64,000 bases of DNA from Enoplolaimus lenunculus (taxonomy: Eukaryota). The position numbers and the translations under genes were made by a program. Shown in pieces: positions 1 to 12,993 of the stretch. Under the pieces are notes generated by a model, which ran no database searches, had not been told where the DNA came from, and was given only the letters and a program-made list of their open reading frames with translations. Positions within the stretch are counted from its first letter, which is position 1. Every line of letters starts with the position of its first letter. The DNA lies in assembly GCA_030248215.1 (NCBI GenBank), contig JASANG010000443.1:248001-312000 (forward strand), given 5' to 3'.

Positions 1-2
1 CA

Positions 3-635
3 ACCAGTCTATCGTGGCTCATTATCGCTCTAACAGGCGTGGGAAAAATGTGCGCCGCCGGCGGATTCAGTGCTACCTACCAGTGGTCGGCGGAAATTTT
101 TCCCACGGTCTCGAGAAATTCTGGTATAGGCATCGCGTGTGCTATGGGTCGTCTAGCATCTGCGATATCACCCCTGGTTGCACTACTAGGCACCTACTAC
201 GAACCGTGGGTTCCGTTCCTTATTTACGGTCTAATTGGCGAAGCGAGTGCATTGACAATGTTCTTGTTACCTGAGACAAAAAATACTACGCTACCTCAAA
301 CTGTGGCTGATAGTATCGCGTTATCACGCATAGCGACAAAGTATCACGCACCACCCCAGCAATCTATGAGTACTACACCGTTACAGAAAGCCGACACCGT
401 ACCCGTAGAAATTTTGGACGAATCTTTTGAAGGAGTCCGTTTGCCTTTGACCCAGAGTGAAAATAACGATGACGTCATCGCTGAATCCAACTTAAGACAG
501 TCACCGGATGAATCGAGTGTTAAATTTGAATTGAAGCTTGATTTGGACGAGGAATGTGAAAACTTAGAGCCCAATAACGAGCAGAATAGCGGTTCCGGTG
601 ACAAATATAGTGGCGCTGTGCGGAACAGGGTCTAA
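3..635 (+). CDS. SLC22-family organic cation transporter (MFS), 3' terminal exon, 5'-partial
   Basis: Frame is open from the window edge (TSLSWLIIALTGVGKMCAAGGFSATYQWSAEIFPTVSRNSGIG...). It carries the SLC22 motifs AE(L/I)FPTxxRNxGxG and LLPETK after the last TM, then an acidic tail and TAA at 633-635. Confidence 0.9.
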   Translation, partial: TSLSWLIIALTGVGKMCAAGGFSATYQWSAEIFPTVSRNSGIGIACAMGRLASAISPLVALLGTYYEPWVPFLIYGLIGEASALTMFLLPETKNTTLPQTVADSIALSRIATKYHAPPQQSMSTTPLQKADTVPVEILDESFEGVRLPLTQSENNDDVIAESNLRQSPDESSVKFELKLDLDEECENLEPNNEQNSGSGDKYSGAVRNRV

Positions 636-685
636 CATTGTCGTTGAATAAGAGCATCGGTGTCTGAGTGGTGTATAGAATTGTG

Positions 686-838
686 GGCCCATGTATAGAA
701 CAGGGCATGAACAGTAGTATAAGTATAGTCCTAAGTCTAAGACTAAGCCTAAGCCTAAGTAAAAAATAGTTTAAAGCTTAAACTGGCTCTGTTATAGCCC
801 CTTCGGAAAACGATCCGGTCTTGTTCTATAAATGGGCC
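686..838. mobile_element. Family A MITE (GGCC termini, 8-bp TSD, GCCTAA/TTAGGC-like core; Merlin-like)
   Basis: TIR GGCCCATGTATAGAACAGG ... TTGTTCTATAAATGGGCC; perfect 8-bp TSD GAATTGTG at 678-685 and 839-846. Confidence 0.85.
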
Positions 839-880
839 GAATTGTGTATAACAAAGAAAACAAATTGTTTTGTAAAGAAT

Positions 881-1226
881 GGCTGAGTTTCTGAAACCCT
901 ACTTAAGTACAACTTAGTACTTGTGCTAAGTAATTACTCAATCATTTTGTCTTTTTAAACGCATACTTAAGATGAGTAAATACTTATGTCGCTAACTACA
1001 CTTGATACACTACAAATTAACCGTCCAGACATACTAACCTTGTTCTAATTAAAATTGTCGATTCATACTGCCTCGTCAATATAAAGCAAATTTATTACTT
1101 TCTTATAATAACAATAGCTGGCATTTGGCGTTTGTTTCTGCTGGAAAATTTAAGTATTTGCGACTAAAGTAATTCACTTATTTATATCTTAAGTAAATAC
1201 TTAAGTAAGATTTTAGAAACCCAGCC
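881..1226. mobile_element. MITE with 3-bp TSD (PIF/Harbinger-like)
   Basis: TIR GGCTGAGTTTCTGAAA ... TTTTAGAAACCCAGCC, flanked by AAT on both sides; internal TACTTAAGTA palindromes. Confidence 0.65.
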
Positions 1227-1841
1227 AATTTGTCAAACTTATAATATTTGCGCCTGGTTTGACTCCCGGCAATGGGATGAATCAATATGTAAAACTTGAG
1301 ACATTTGCATCTTAAATATTAAGGCTTGAAATGATTTATAGTGAAGAAATAAATTTCATGAATTTATAAGACACAAATTTCTCTCTTTCAAAACGAATAC
1401 GTCTTATATATCAGATCTGATTTTTAATTTAATATATGTAACAGCTCGTTTTGTTTATATATATTATATCCAAAATCTAAAAAATTTCGATGCAACCGCC
1501 ATCTTCTTTTAAAACTTTATAAAGCCTGATATTCGCAACACATCAATTGTGTTTGCAGAAAAATAAAACATCTTTGAAACTTTCATACTTCAATATTCGT
1601 TTTCCGTTTCTGTTATTTTTTACTATCTGACTACACCCTGATATATATTTACAATTTTAAACCTGCCCTGGTCGCTTCACGTTAAATTCGGAAAACCTTA
1701 GTTAAGTTTCATCTTCTTTAGGCTTGCTTAAAACTGAGATTAGCTGTAGCATTTTAGATTTACTTTTAAACGTAGACTTTCGTTTATAACGGTTTAAGGC
1801 ATACGGGTTTGTGAAATAGACTCGAGCCTTTTAGAAAAAAG

Positions 1842-2119
1842 GTCCCATGTAAGGATCAGGGGTGGAACGTTTTTCTGTGGGACTAGAATAGAGTAGGCTT
1901 AAGGTTTAGACTAATTTTTTGCTTGGCTAGGCTTACGCTTAGGCTTAGGCTTAGGAATAAACTCATTGTGACGCTATGGCTTAGGCTTAGGCTTAGGAAT
2001 AAACTCATTCTTACGCTTAGGCTTAGGCTTAGGAATAAACTCATTCTTACGATTAGGTTTAGGCATAGGCTTAGGAATATGCTTATAATACTGTTCCGCC
2101 CTCGTTCTTTACATTGGCC
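1842..2119. mobile_element. Family A MITE with expanded TTAGGC repeats
   Basis: Same TIRs as 686-838; 8-bp TSD GAAAAAAG at 1834-1841 and 2120-2127; internal (TTAGGC)n blocks. Confidence 0.85.
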
Positions 2120-2326
2120 GAAAAAAGTTTGGACGCTTTTCTTAAATAAATTTCGGATTTTCTTGCGTAATTGTTGCAAAACTTTCGCATTTTCGCACTT
2201 GGTTCTAAATGTATTGTGTTAACTTGTGGCCTGTTTTATTAATCAATGTATTTAAATGAGTTCAATAGTTTCAATATTAGTTGAAATAGTAAATCTTCTA
2301 TCTTTTAATATATGAACAACATTGAA

Positions 2327-2540
2327 CATTGCACAAACTGGTGAATCAAATATTGACTCTCTCCGAAATAGACGTTTCGGGATTACACAAATTGAGTAAA
2401 AATTCGACTCCGCCAGAGTCAAATTCGATTCACTGAGTCGCACGTTTGACTCTGGCGAAGTTGAATTCGACTCAGTTTGTGTAGTGTCGAAAAGCCTATT
2501 TCGGACAGAGTCAATTTGACTCACCATTTTGTTTGCAGTG
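2327..2540. mobile_element. Family C palindromic MITE (CACTGCAAAAAATGGTGAGTCAAATTGACTC termini; CMC/CACTA-like)
   Basis: Near-perfect fold-back sequence. Other full or partial copies lie at about 15662-15835, 49220-49606, 51587-51786, 59991-60181, 61442-61652, 62120-62280 and 62652-62845, usually flanked by TA. Confidence 0.75.
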
Positions 2541-2710
2541 TAGATGGCTTGTAAAACATAATAACTCGGTCACATTACAGATGTCATTCGAAACATTTTT
2601 TGGCTTCCAAACCGCATCTTTCAAGACGATTTTATAATTAGAGAAGCATTAGAATGAGTTAGCAAAATGCAATTAAATAACAGGGTGTAACCGGATATTC
2701 ATTTACGGTA

Positions 2711-2957
2711 CACTCAAAATAATATTTCTGATGTTTAAGAAAAAATTCCTTACATTTAAGAAATGTAATTAGCAAGGTGCACTTGAGAAGTATTTCTGTT
2801 ATAACAGAAAAGTGTTCAAAAAATTTTTTTAAATAAAGTCTGAAAATAAACGTTTTCCAGTTATTTTTAGAAAAATTGCCTTAAATATCACAAAAACTTT
2901 TCAGATTTGCCACAGAAAATACGTTTCTAAATAAATTCAGAAATACTTTTTTGTGTG
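2711..2957. mobile_element. CAC-ended MITE nested in a CAGGGTGTAACCGG-type repeat
   Basis: TA-CACTCAAAATAATATTTCTG ... GAAATACTTTTTTGTGTG-TA. Removing it rejoins the host repeat as seen at 56615 ff. Confidence 0.6.
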
Positions 2958-4924
2958 TACAATTCGGTGTCCGTTTCCGTTTTTATATGAATATCAGAAA
3001 TTTTATTTTTATGCTATAAATTAGTTAACGTGAGTTGATGATTTGTTAGTTTAAAGGGTCACAAATAATAACTTAGTTTTAGTTTTCTCGATGTTTACCC
3101 TCTCTGCTCGAATCCAGTAACGCGGCCGTCAAATCGTTTTTACTGCTCCACCCAAATACAGGAAATAACACCAAATTATACACACACCTTCGAATTATAC
3201 GTGTCCTAATTGTTGTAGCCTGATCCGAAACTCTTTGTGCACACTGTGCCTAAATTCCGGTTTAATCCAGCCACTGGTCCACAATATACCAATGTTCTTC
3301 AAGTTCCTCGAAAACCGTGCAACTGTAACCCCGAGAGAATTATGCCCAATGTTTCCAACAGCCGTGCCATTCTAACGCCATTACAATTACACCAAATTTG
3401 TTCCAAACGAACCCCGTTAGAATGGCTTTTCACAGAATTAATGCAAATTTATTCAGAAACAAAACCACAACTCGGTCATGAACAAATCTGAGACTAATTC
3501 CGGTCCTGGCTGCCGTTCTGGATATCTCGACCAAATTTGCATAAAACTTCAACCGAGTCCAGCAATCGGAACTCCGTCTAGTATACCCAACCAGGCCCAA
3601 CACCCAGAAACAACAACATACGACAACAATATACACCCATGTTTTGGGCTGACATTATCCTAGCTATGTCGTTAACTGCAAATACAGGCAGTAAAAATAC
3701 GCAATGTTTAGTGGCCATACAGAGCCCAGATAAAATTCACATTCCGGCACAACCGCCATAGAACTGATTTTATAATCTTTACACCGTAAAGCAACGCCTA
3801 TAAAGCTTAACTTTTGTTCTAAGAGAGACTATGTGGAGCCAGGGACTCCCTTAAGGTATGGTTTAGGATTTGGTTTTAATTTATGTTTTAGTTTTTAGAT
3901 TGAAATATGATTGAGCGTAGCACAGCCAAATTCAATTAAAAATCACGTATATCTCGCAATTTATCATTACAAACATGCTGTAATTGTACGATAAGGAATA
4001 AATATTACAAAATTCATCCAAAATCTTAAAAATTTCAGTGCATCTGCTATTTTTGCTTTAAAATTGTAAAAAGTCCGGTGAATATTTGCATGCCTCAATA
4101 GTGTTGGCAATTACAATAACACATCTTTGCAAAATTTCTACTTCAATATCCGTTTTCCGTTTCCCTATTTTGATTACTAACCATTTCTGATATTTTTACT
4201 ATCCGTTTACGAAACTAACAGCATATTTGCAAACACGCCCTAGGGGCGGAACTACAAGCTTTATTCCTAAGCCTAAACCTAAGCCTTAACCTAACCCTGA
4301 GCGTGAGAATGAGTATATTCCGAAGCCTAAGCCTAAACCTAAGCCAGGCAAAAAATTAGTCCAAAACTTAAGCTTATTCTATTCTAGTCCAACACAAAAA
4401 ACGTTCCACCCCTGATCTTTACATGTGCCCAGATTTCTAAAACCCAGAGAAGCTCTTGTACGCCTTCCCCTGCATGCGCTTTAGGCTTAGCATTAGAAAA
4501 ATATTCACGTTCGTTGAAATGTTTTCCTAAACCTAACCTTTCTTAAATTTTACCAAAGTCTACAAGAACCCCAGACATTTTAATATCTCCTAAATCATAC
4601 AATTTTAAACTTTTTAAATTCTGCAATATTTCAACTGAAACAACACCAACGGCCAGATTTCTCAATTTACCATCATTTGTTTGCTTTTTTTCACACCATT
4701 TTAAATTTTAACCTGTCTTTTGAAGTGATATTCAAAAATAATAAACTGTAATAATTTCCCATTTTATTAATGTACATTGCAATTTATACTGAGCAAACAT
4801 TGTTATTAATATTAATTAAATGATGAAATGCGATACTTTTTGTCTTTTATTGCGTGCAAACAGTTTTAATTTCATACAAATTTTGAACAGAAATTTTTGT
4901 CACCGACACCAGGGTTTTTTTGCG

Positions 4925-5175
4925 CACTGTAAATTTCAATGAGTTGATTAATCAATTCTGCTAGCGAGTTTGTTAGATCTGAATTAATATCAGTAAACAT
5001 TAACTCACTCTCAGTTGAATTGATTGTCACTCTGAGTTGAGTGACTCTGGGTGAGTTGATTACTTAACTCAGAATAAATTGAAACAACTCCAAATTTTGA
5101 GTTCTGATAGTCCTAACTCAAACGGAGTGTTTCAAGTCTTTCTGAGTTAAAATCAACTCGCTGAAATTTACAGGG
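4925..5175. mobile_element. Family B MITE (CACTGTAAATTTCA(G/A)TGAGTTGATT TIR, 2-bp TSD; CMC/CACTA-like)
   Basis: About 250 bp with internal AACTCAG/CTGAGTT repeats; flanked CG...CG. Roughly two dozen full or partial copies occur in the window. Confidence 0.8.
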
Positions 5176-6091
5176 CGTTTGAATTTTAACAAAAATTCTG
5201 CGGTTGAGAGTAACAGAACTTCCTCGTTGAGGTTTTGAGTTAACGATTACTTGTTGATCCTCGTCTATGCACTGCAAAAAATGGTGAGTCAAATTGACTC
5301 TCTCCGAAATAGGCTTTTTCTGAATACACAAAATTGTCAAAATGTAACTGCAACTGAAAACTTTAAGCTCTACCTTTAAACGAATAACAAAATCTAAACT
5401 TTAAATTCTACTTCATAGCGGCAAGCAGTGATGTTAGCCCCACTAATTCTCAAATATACCTCGATATTTGGTTCAACAGTATCCTTTCTATAGTGAAAAC
5501 GACGCTCCATTGAATTGGTTAATTTTTAAAAATCTGGGTCCTGTTATTTATTATTTCATATGATTTCATATTTAAAGTTTTGAAATGCTCAAAATGCTTA
5601 ACTGCATTTAAACTTAAGGCCAAGTTGTTCCTGTGATTTGAGAATTGACAGACCTCCACAAATATCATAATTTTACACGTTAGTAGATGGCTAAAACAGT
5701 CAGCTATACAAGCAATTTTTACTGAAACTGTGAACAATGCAGACAAACATACTGCAACAAAAAGTCAAAAGTTACACACTTTAGTTTTCGATATAATTAC
5801 TAAAACTCAAAATTCCGATTGCGATTCCGGTTCCGACAAAAAATTTGATTCCGATTCCGATTCCGCTTCCGACAAAATTTACTTCCGATTGGAACCCTTC
5901 TGTATAAAGCGTTTTGTAAATATTCAGTAACAACCGTAGATTACCAAATAACGTGTGCTACGATATTAATAAAAATTTCCAATCCATAAATTAATCATAA
6001 CCCAGTATTAAAATTAAAAAGAGCATAACTTACAACCGCAACAAAAATTGCAATTACCTTTATTGCAGTATTAGTGCAAGCAATTGTGAAA

Positions 6092-7378
6092 ATGTCCGCT
6101 GCGTGTAGCATACCGTGTTCATCGTACATTGTACGAGCGTTGTTCTTTATATTAATCACAGCTGCAATTGGACTTCTTATTCGACAATGCATCGTCCTGA
6201 CCGAAGAATATTTAGCCGATCCGGTTGCGTCGAACGTTTATACGAAAACTCCGCAAGCGTTCCCAGTTTTGATGTACTGTCCTCGTCACTGGATTAACGG
6301 ATCGATCCTAAACCGGTATAATATTTCAGCGGAAGTAATCCTGTTTGCGTTTGGTTTTCTTCCGATGATACGCGATATTACACTATTGACAGCAATTACT
6401 CATGCAGTACGGACACTACAATCGCATGATCCAAGCATTAAGCTGAAAATGCACAATAAATTCTACGACAGCTTGCAACAATTAAACGTGACGTCATTGC
6501 AACTATTTTTGCACGCAATCGCACTTCAACCCAACGCAGTGATTCAAACTGTCCCGCAAGATTCAGTTGGAATTGCAGTTGACATTGACGTTGAATTAAA
6601 GTTAACCGTTGACACGCCGTGTTTTAAGATTAAACCGCTTGTAACCTTGACAATGCTATCAAGTATGTATCAACCACTCATTTTACAGTTCACCTTTTAT
6701 AATCCTTCGCTTCGACAGCTAAATCATCTTCCCGATACTGGACGTGTTTATTTAGGACCACACGGAGAGACAGCTTTTCCAAAAGGCTCAACGCTCCGCA
6801 TTGCGCCAGGGCGTCAGTATGACCTTAGCATCCACGCCGTATCGTTTCGTCGTCTTCATACCGCCGCAAGACCGTGTAGCGATCGCTTCACTGCTGCCGG
6901 CCAAATGGACTGTATAGTTCAGTGTTACAACGAAATCGTCTGTTCTGGCATATGCCGGGTATTTCATCCGAATTACGTCAACGGAAGCTTGAGTAGAAAT
7001 CTGCCTTGTTCAACCTACGACCCCTCGGAAACGCATTGTTTTTCACGATTGCAAACGTACCGATCGTATTTTGACGTCGAATGCGGCAACCGCTGTCCGG
7101 AACCGTGTCAAACGGTCTCGTATCAACAATCAGTGTCAACTGAAGATTCGCCAACCGCTCATCAAAAAAGCCCTTACAACTCACGAATCACGTTGACTTT
7201 CGCTGATCCGTGGAATTGTTTACAAATTGCCGAATTTCGAACGCTCACATTTCCGAGGCTGATTTCAAATTTTGGCGGTGTGATTTCGATATTTTTAGGC
7301 TTTTCAGTGGTGTCGCTTGTGCGTGACGTTGGTGTTATCGTGTATCGTTATTTGTTCGGCGGAAGCACGCGTTTATAA
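6092..7378 (+). CDS. DEG/ENaC (amiloride-sensitive sodium channel family) subunit, intronless, ~428 aa
   Basis: TM1 followed by EYLADPVAS and FPVLMYCP; Cys-rich thumb ending CGNRCPEPCQTVSY; pre-TM2/TM2 LISNFGGVISIFLGFSVVSL with GxS filter. First ATG is at 6092 (the track's start at 6074 is GTG). An unseen upstream exon is possible. Confidence 0.9.
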   Translation: MSAACSIPCSSYIVRALFFILITAAIGLLIRQCIVLTEEYLADPVASNVYTKTPQAFPVLMYCPRHWINGSILNRYNISAEVILFAFGFLPMIRDITLLTAITHAVRTLQSHDPSIKLKMHNKFYDSLQQLNVTSLQLFLHAIALQPNAVIQTVPQDSVGIAVDIDVELKLTVDTPCFKIKPLVTLTMLSSMYQPLILQFTFYNPSLRQLNHLPDTGRVYLGPHGETAFPKGSTLRIAPGRQYDLSIHAVSFRRLHTAARPCSDRFTAAGQMDCIVQCYNEIVCSGICRVFHPNYVNGSLSRNLPCSTYDPSETHCFSRLQTYRSYFDVECGNRCPEPCQTVSYQQSVSTEDSPTAHQKSPYNSRITLTFADPWNCLQIAEFRTLTFPRLISNFGGVISIFLGFSVVSLVRDVGVIVYRYLFGGSTRL

Positions 7379-7402
7379 CAGCACAAGCTTAATGCTATAC
7401 TA

Positions 7403-7735
7403 CGCCCATTTATTGAACAGGGCCGGAACAGTAGTAAAGCATGTTCCAAAACCTAAGCCTAAGCCTAAGCGTAAAGATGAGTCTATTCCTAAGCCTAAGC
7501 CTAAGCCTAAGCCTAAGCGTAAGGATGAGTCTATTCCTAAGCGTTAGCCTAAGCCTAAGCATAAGCCTAAACAAAAAATAAGTCTATAGGCTAAAAGTAA
7601 GGATGAGTCTATTCCTAAGTCTTAGCATAAGCCTAAGCCTAAGCCTAAGCCTAAACAAAAAAATAGTCTAAAGCTTAAACTGATTCTATTATAGGCCCTC
7701 CGGTAAACGATCCGGTCATGTTCTATACATGGGCA
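7403..7735. mobile_element. Family A MITE with expanded GCCTAA repeats, about 25 bp after the ENaC stop
   Basis: Family A TIRs; degenerate TSD CTATACTA/ACATACTA; multiple (GCCTAA)n blocks. Confidence 0.8.
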
Positions 7736-8214
7736 ACATACTACATCATTATATTGTTAAAATATATCTAAAACCGAATGAACTATTTCACACTTCACTA
7801 GACATGATTTACGCGAGCCATGCACGGAAGTCGCAATCAGAGCCAAAGCAGCCACGCCTTTACCTCCCATTTGGGAACCACCCCATAGAGGGCCCGAACC
7901 CTAAGATTTTAAACAAATAATTTAAAAAAAACTTTCATTATAGCGAAGGGCCCCATTCGGAGGCTTCTGATGGAGGACGGGGTAGCAAATGTTATGAAAC
8001 GCAAAAATTGTAAGGTAAAAACCTTATCATTTTATCACGAAAAGTTTTCTGATGAGTAAAATTGTAAGGTAAACACCCTATCATTTTATCACAAAAAAAT
8101 TCTGATGAAAAGTTAGGGCCCTTATCTTTTTTACAAAACATTTTTCTATGGGAATAATTGTAAGGTAGGTAGGTGTAAAGTTGAAACCTAGTATATAGCA
8201 CCAATCACCAGATA

Positions 8215-8466
8215 CACTGTAAATTTCAATGAGTTGATTAATCAATTCAGCTAGCGAGTTGGTTATTTCTGAATCAATATCTGTAACGATTAATTCACTC
8301 TGAGTTGAGTTGATTCTTACTCTGAGTTGAGTTGACTCGGGGTGAGTTGACAAATTAACTCAGAATGAATTGAATCAACTCAAAATTCTGAGTTCTGATA
8401 GTTCTAACTCAGACTGAGTAATTAAACTTATTCTGAGTTAAAATCAACTCACTGACATTTACAGTG
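8215..8466. mobile_element. Family B MITE
   Basis: TA-CACTGTAAATTTC ... ATTTACAGTG-TA. Confidence 0.8.
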
Positions 8467-9676
8467 TAGTAATAGCTTCGTAGGTGGTCTCAAATTTCGC
8501 GCAGAATGTGATAGAATTTTGAAGCGCTTTTATTCGGTGATCCAACGGTTTAACAAGACCTATTGCCAACTGGTGTTTAGCGGCTACACATATTTGAACG
8601 GAATTTTCAAATTTAAGATACTCATTGCTCTACGTAATCCTACTACTATTTCGCTGTTTTATGGTCTCCAAACAAATTTAAATTCAACTTCTTCATTTTA
8701 AAACTAATCTCTTTTTCTGTTAGCCCTAAAATCACAAGCGTCCGCGTGTGTCGTTCATGAGATACCGTGATTTGTTGACAGCAGTGGTAAACAAATTTAG
8801 CCCATAAAACACGGCTGTAACCAGGGTGTAAACGGATAGTAAAAAATAACGGAAACAGAAAACGGATATTGAAGTATAAAAGTTTTAAAGATGTTTTATT
8901 TTTGTGCCAACAAATCTATTCTTCAGGCTTTCTAAAATTGAAATAAAAAATGGCGAATGCATCTAAATTTTTAAGATTTTACATGATTTTTGTAATTTTT
9001 GTTTTATATGGAATGATTGCAGCATATATGTGTAATTAACCATTGTAAGATATATACATGATTTATAACTAATTTTGAGCGTAAAAACTAACACAATTTC
9101 CGTTATTTCTATAACAGAACCGGAAACGGACACCTTTTTTTACCGGAAACGGATATCTAGTATGCGTTACAATTAATCCGTTCATTTGTTTTAACCTTGG
9201 CGTAACTGAAATTGTTGGCTGTTGGTGCATCTGAGTATGTAATGCAAAATGAAGACTAATAAGACACCAAAAAGAAAAACAAAAAAACCAAAAAAAAAAA
9301 AATATCTAGTAAGTACGATTTTGAAAACCTAGCCAATATTTGTTTTGCAGTACCATTGTCAGCAAACAGATCTTACAAACGCCGTCAATAGCGGATCTAT
9401 AGAGCTATTACGGAGTGTACGCCCAACCCCGTCTGAAATTTTTTGTGATAAAATGGTAAAGGTCACACTACCTTTTACAATATTTCATTGCTTATTGTAA
9501 AAATTGCGTTTCATAACATTTGCCAGGTGCATCCGTCGGAAATTTTCGGATCCGTTGATGCTGAACGCCGTGTTTTGAACCCTAAAATAAAAATCGTTTC
9601 GAAACTTAATTTTACACTTAATATATATTAAACATTTTGGATTAATTATTAAATATCCATTATATGTACAATTGTA

Positions 9677-12279
9677 CACTGTAAATTTCAGTGATTTGAT
9701 TTTAACTCAGAATGAGTTCAATCAATTAGTTTGAGTTAGGACTTTCAGTAATTAGAATTTGGAGTTGATTAAATTCGTGTTAATTAATCAACTCACCCAG
9801 AGTCAACTCAACTCTCAGAGTGACTTATTGTTTACTGATATTAATTCAGAAATAACCAACTCGCTCGCTGCATTGATTAATCAACTCATTGCAATTTACA
9901 GTGTAAACTGCATACAAAAATGCAAAAGTAATCCAATGCTCGGAACGCCGTTTCGCGGTCCGGCAAATGTTTGTTTTGGACTTTTTTGATTCCTTTTCCC
10001 GAATGATAACTTGTTTCATTTTTTATTGGTCACTAAAATTGCGGTTTGACGTTATTGATGTAACCTAATATCTTCAGTTCAAAACCCATAATCTTTCTTT
10101 TTGATTAAGTGATTCTACCGTAATCTCGTTAATGTCGACTGAACCAGATAAAACTTTTGAAACACAACCTTTGTGCTGAAATGCAAGAACGCTAACGTTG
10201 TACTGATTGCGGCACATGTAAACATCAGTGGTTGAACGTTTTGCTGTGGAACAAGAATAGAGTCGCTCTAAATTTCAGTGAGTTGATTTTAACTCAGAAT
10301 GAGTTGAATCCACACAGACGCGTGAGCTCTGAATTAGGTGTTTCAGAACTCAGAATTATGAATTGATTTAACTCATTCTGAGTTAATTAATCAACTAAGC
10401 CAGAATTGAATCAGCTCAGAATGAGTTAATGTTTACTGTTATAACTCAGAAATAACCTGAAATAACCAATTCTTCATCTGAGTTGATTAATCAACTCATC
10501 GGAATTGACAGTGTAACCTTTAAGCTTTAGACTATTTTTTTGCTTGGCTCAGGCTTAGGCTTAAGGCTTAGGAATATGCTCATTCTTACGCTTAGGCTTT
10601 GGCTTTTATGCTTAGGTTTATGAATAAGCTTATAATACTTTGGCGCTGATTGCCAACAATCGTTTGGTGGTAGCTATAAAAACAATGCTTCGCATCAGAT
10701 ATTAGTTTTCAACCCAAAATCTCTATCGCTTGAGTTTTTAATTAAAATTAATGGTGCCATTTTACTATGGGGACCCAAGTAAGAGATGGAGGAAATGATA
10801 TTTTTATTTTTCATCTTTAGAGGATACCCGGTGTTATTCGGTTACGGACGGCATGCATTTTTAAGTCACCCCTCATTAGATTTACGCCCTTCTTGTTTAT
10901 ATTCCTTCTATCGATCAGAACTTTGAAGTTCCACTGTAAACTCCAATGAGTTGATTAATCAATTCCAGCTAGCGAGTTTAGTTATTTCTGTATTAAAATC
11001 AGTCTCCATTAACTCACTCAGAGTTCAGTTGATTCACACTCTCAGTTGAGTTGACCATGGGCGAGTTGAAGAATAAATTGAAACAACTCAAAATTTTGAG
11101 TTCTGATAGTCCTAACTCAAACTTAGTGGTTCAAGTCATTCTGAGTTAAAATCAACTCATTGAAACTTACAGTGTTCCAACGATTTAATTTGCCATTTTC
11201 AGCCAATGAACAATGCTGCTATTTGCGTTGAAATCTTAAAATTAATCAACTCATAGAGAGAATTAGTTATTTTAGGTTATTTCTGAGTTAACAGTAAATG
11301 TTTGTTCACTCTGAGCTGATTTAATATACCGGATCAGTTAATTAACTCAGACTGAGTTCAATCAATTCTGAGCTTGGGTTTTGAAAGACATAAATCAGAG
11401 CTCATATTTCTCCATGGATTCAACTCATTCTGAGTTAAAATCAACTCGCTGAAATTTACAGTGCATTCTTTATGTTATTTGCCAGAGAATAACAACCTGG
11501 TGACTCGAACAAAAGGACGGTCATAAAAGGGGTCCCTATTTTTGTGTCAAAATTCATGGGAATCCACGTGTCCCGTGTTACACTGTAAATTCCAATTATA
11601 AGTTAAACTCACGCAAATAGTTATTTCTGAGTTAATAAATGTTAATTGACTCTGTCGGAGTCGACTTTTGACTCGGTTTGTGTAGTCAGGAAAAGCCTAT
11701 TTCATAGAGAGTCAATTTGACTCGCCATTTTTTGCAGTGTACACTGTGAATTCCAGTGAGTTGAGTTTGACTCAGAGATTGAGAATCAAACCAACTCAGA
11801 GTGAGTTAGTGCTTGCTGTTACTGATTCATAATTAATTAACTCGCTATTTGAGTTGATTAGTCACCTCATTAGGGTTTACAGTGTATGTGAGTAATAAAG
11901 TTTGTTATTTTGTGCGTTGACGTTTCAGTTAGATTCCGTAATTGGAACGAGTCCGCAAATTATAATTACAGTCCATAAAAGAGGTCAGACCACTCGAATG
12001 GCCTAATAAACAGATACTCAGACCACCCGCACTGTAAATTTCAGTGAGTTGATTTTAACTCAGAATGAGTTGAATCAGTCAGTCTGAGTTAAGACTATGA
12101 AATCTCACAATTTTTAGTAGATTGAATTCATTCTAAGTTAAGTAATCAACTCGCCCAGAGTCAACTCACGGAGAGTGTGAATCAACTCAACTTGAGTGAG
12201 TTAATGTTTACTGATATTAATTCAGAAATAGTCAACTCGCTAGCTGAATTGATTAATCAACTTATTGAATTTTACAGTG
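9677..12279. repeat. Cluster of family B/C/A MITEs (B at 9677-9903, 10264-10513 nested in family A, 10932-11174, 11742-11884, 12030-12279)
   Basis: Repeated CACTGTAAA...TTTACAGTG termini and shared internal sequence. Confidence 0.75.
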
Positions 12280-12993
12280 TATGCAACTTGAGCGACTAAA
12301 ATTATCTAAAAAATCATTTGAAATAAATTTATAGAATAAAGATCTATTTTTGAAACACGAAAATTAGTAATTAAAATATTCTATTTTTTTAGAACAAGGG
12401 CTCGTGAAGTTCGTTTACGCTTAAACTCATTTTAAATCTTACATATTTTTTAGTTTAACCTAGCCTTAGGCAATGAACTTTAAGAAACACATAATTTCTC
12501 TGCTGCACTTGTTACTTACTTAAACAAAAAATAAGTTTAATTCCTGGGACAATGTAAAGAACATGGGCGGAACCGTACAAGCATATTCCTAAGGCTAAGC
12601 CTAAGCTTAAGCGTAAGAATGCGCATATTCCAAAGCCTAAGCCTAAAGTTAAGAGCCAAGCAAAAAAATTAGTCAAAGCTTAAACTGACTCTGTTATAGC
12701 CCCTCCGGAAAACGATCCGGCCCTGTTGTATACATGGGCCGAAAAACGTTCCGCCCCGCATCTTTACATGAACCTAATCTCGTGTTAAAGTTAAAAATAT
12801 GTCTAAATGAAGTAACTTACAATTCTAGATTAGTTACTCCGTTCAGCGATTTAAGTTTTACTTAAACTATAATATTCAAGTTTTAAATAGTTTAAGCTAT
12901 AATTTAAGTTTAAGTTTTTACGGAGTATACCTACATATCGTGATCACAAATGAAACCGAAATCATTCCACAACGTCATACTGACAGTTGTAAA

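Noticed and set aside
1883..2222. ORFs rich in RLRL / SLSL repeats (also KPKP at 7317-7547)
   Set aside because: These are translations of TTAGGC/GCCTAA hexamers inside family A MITEs.
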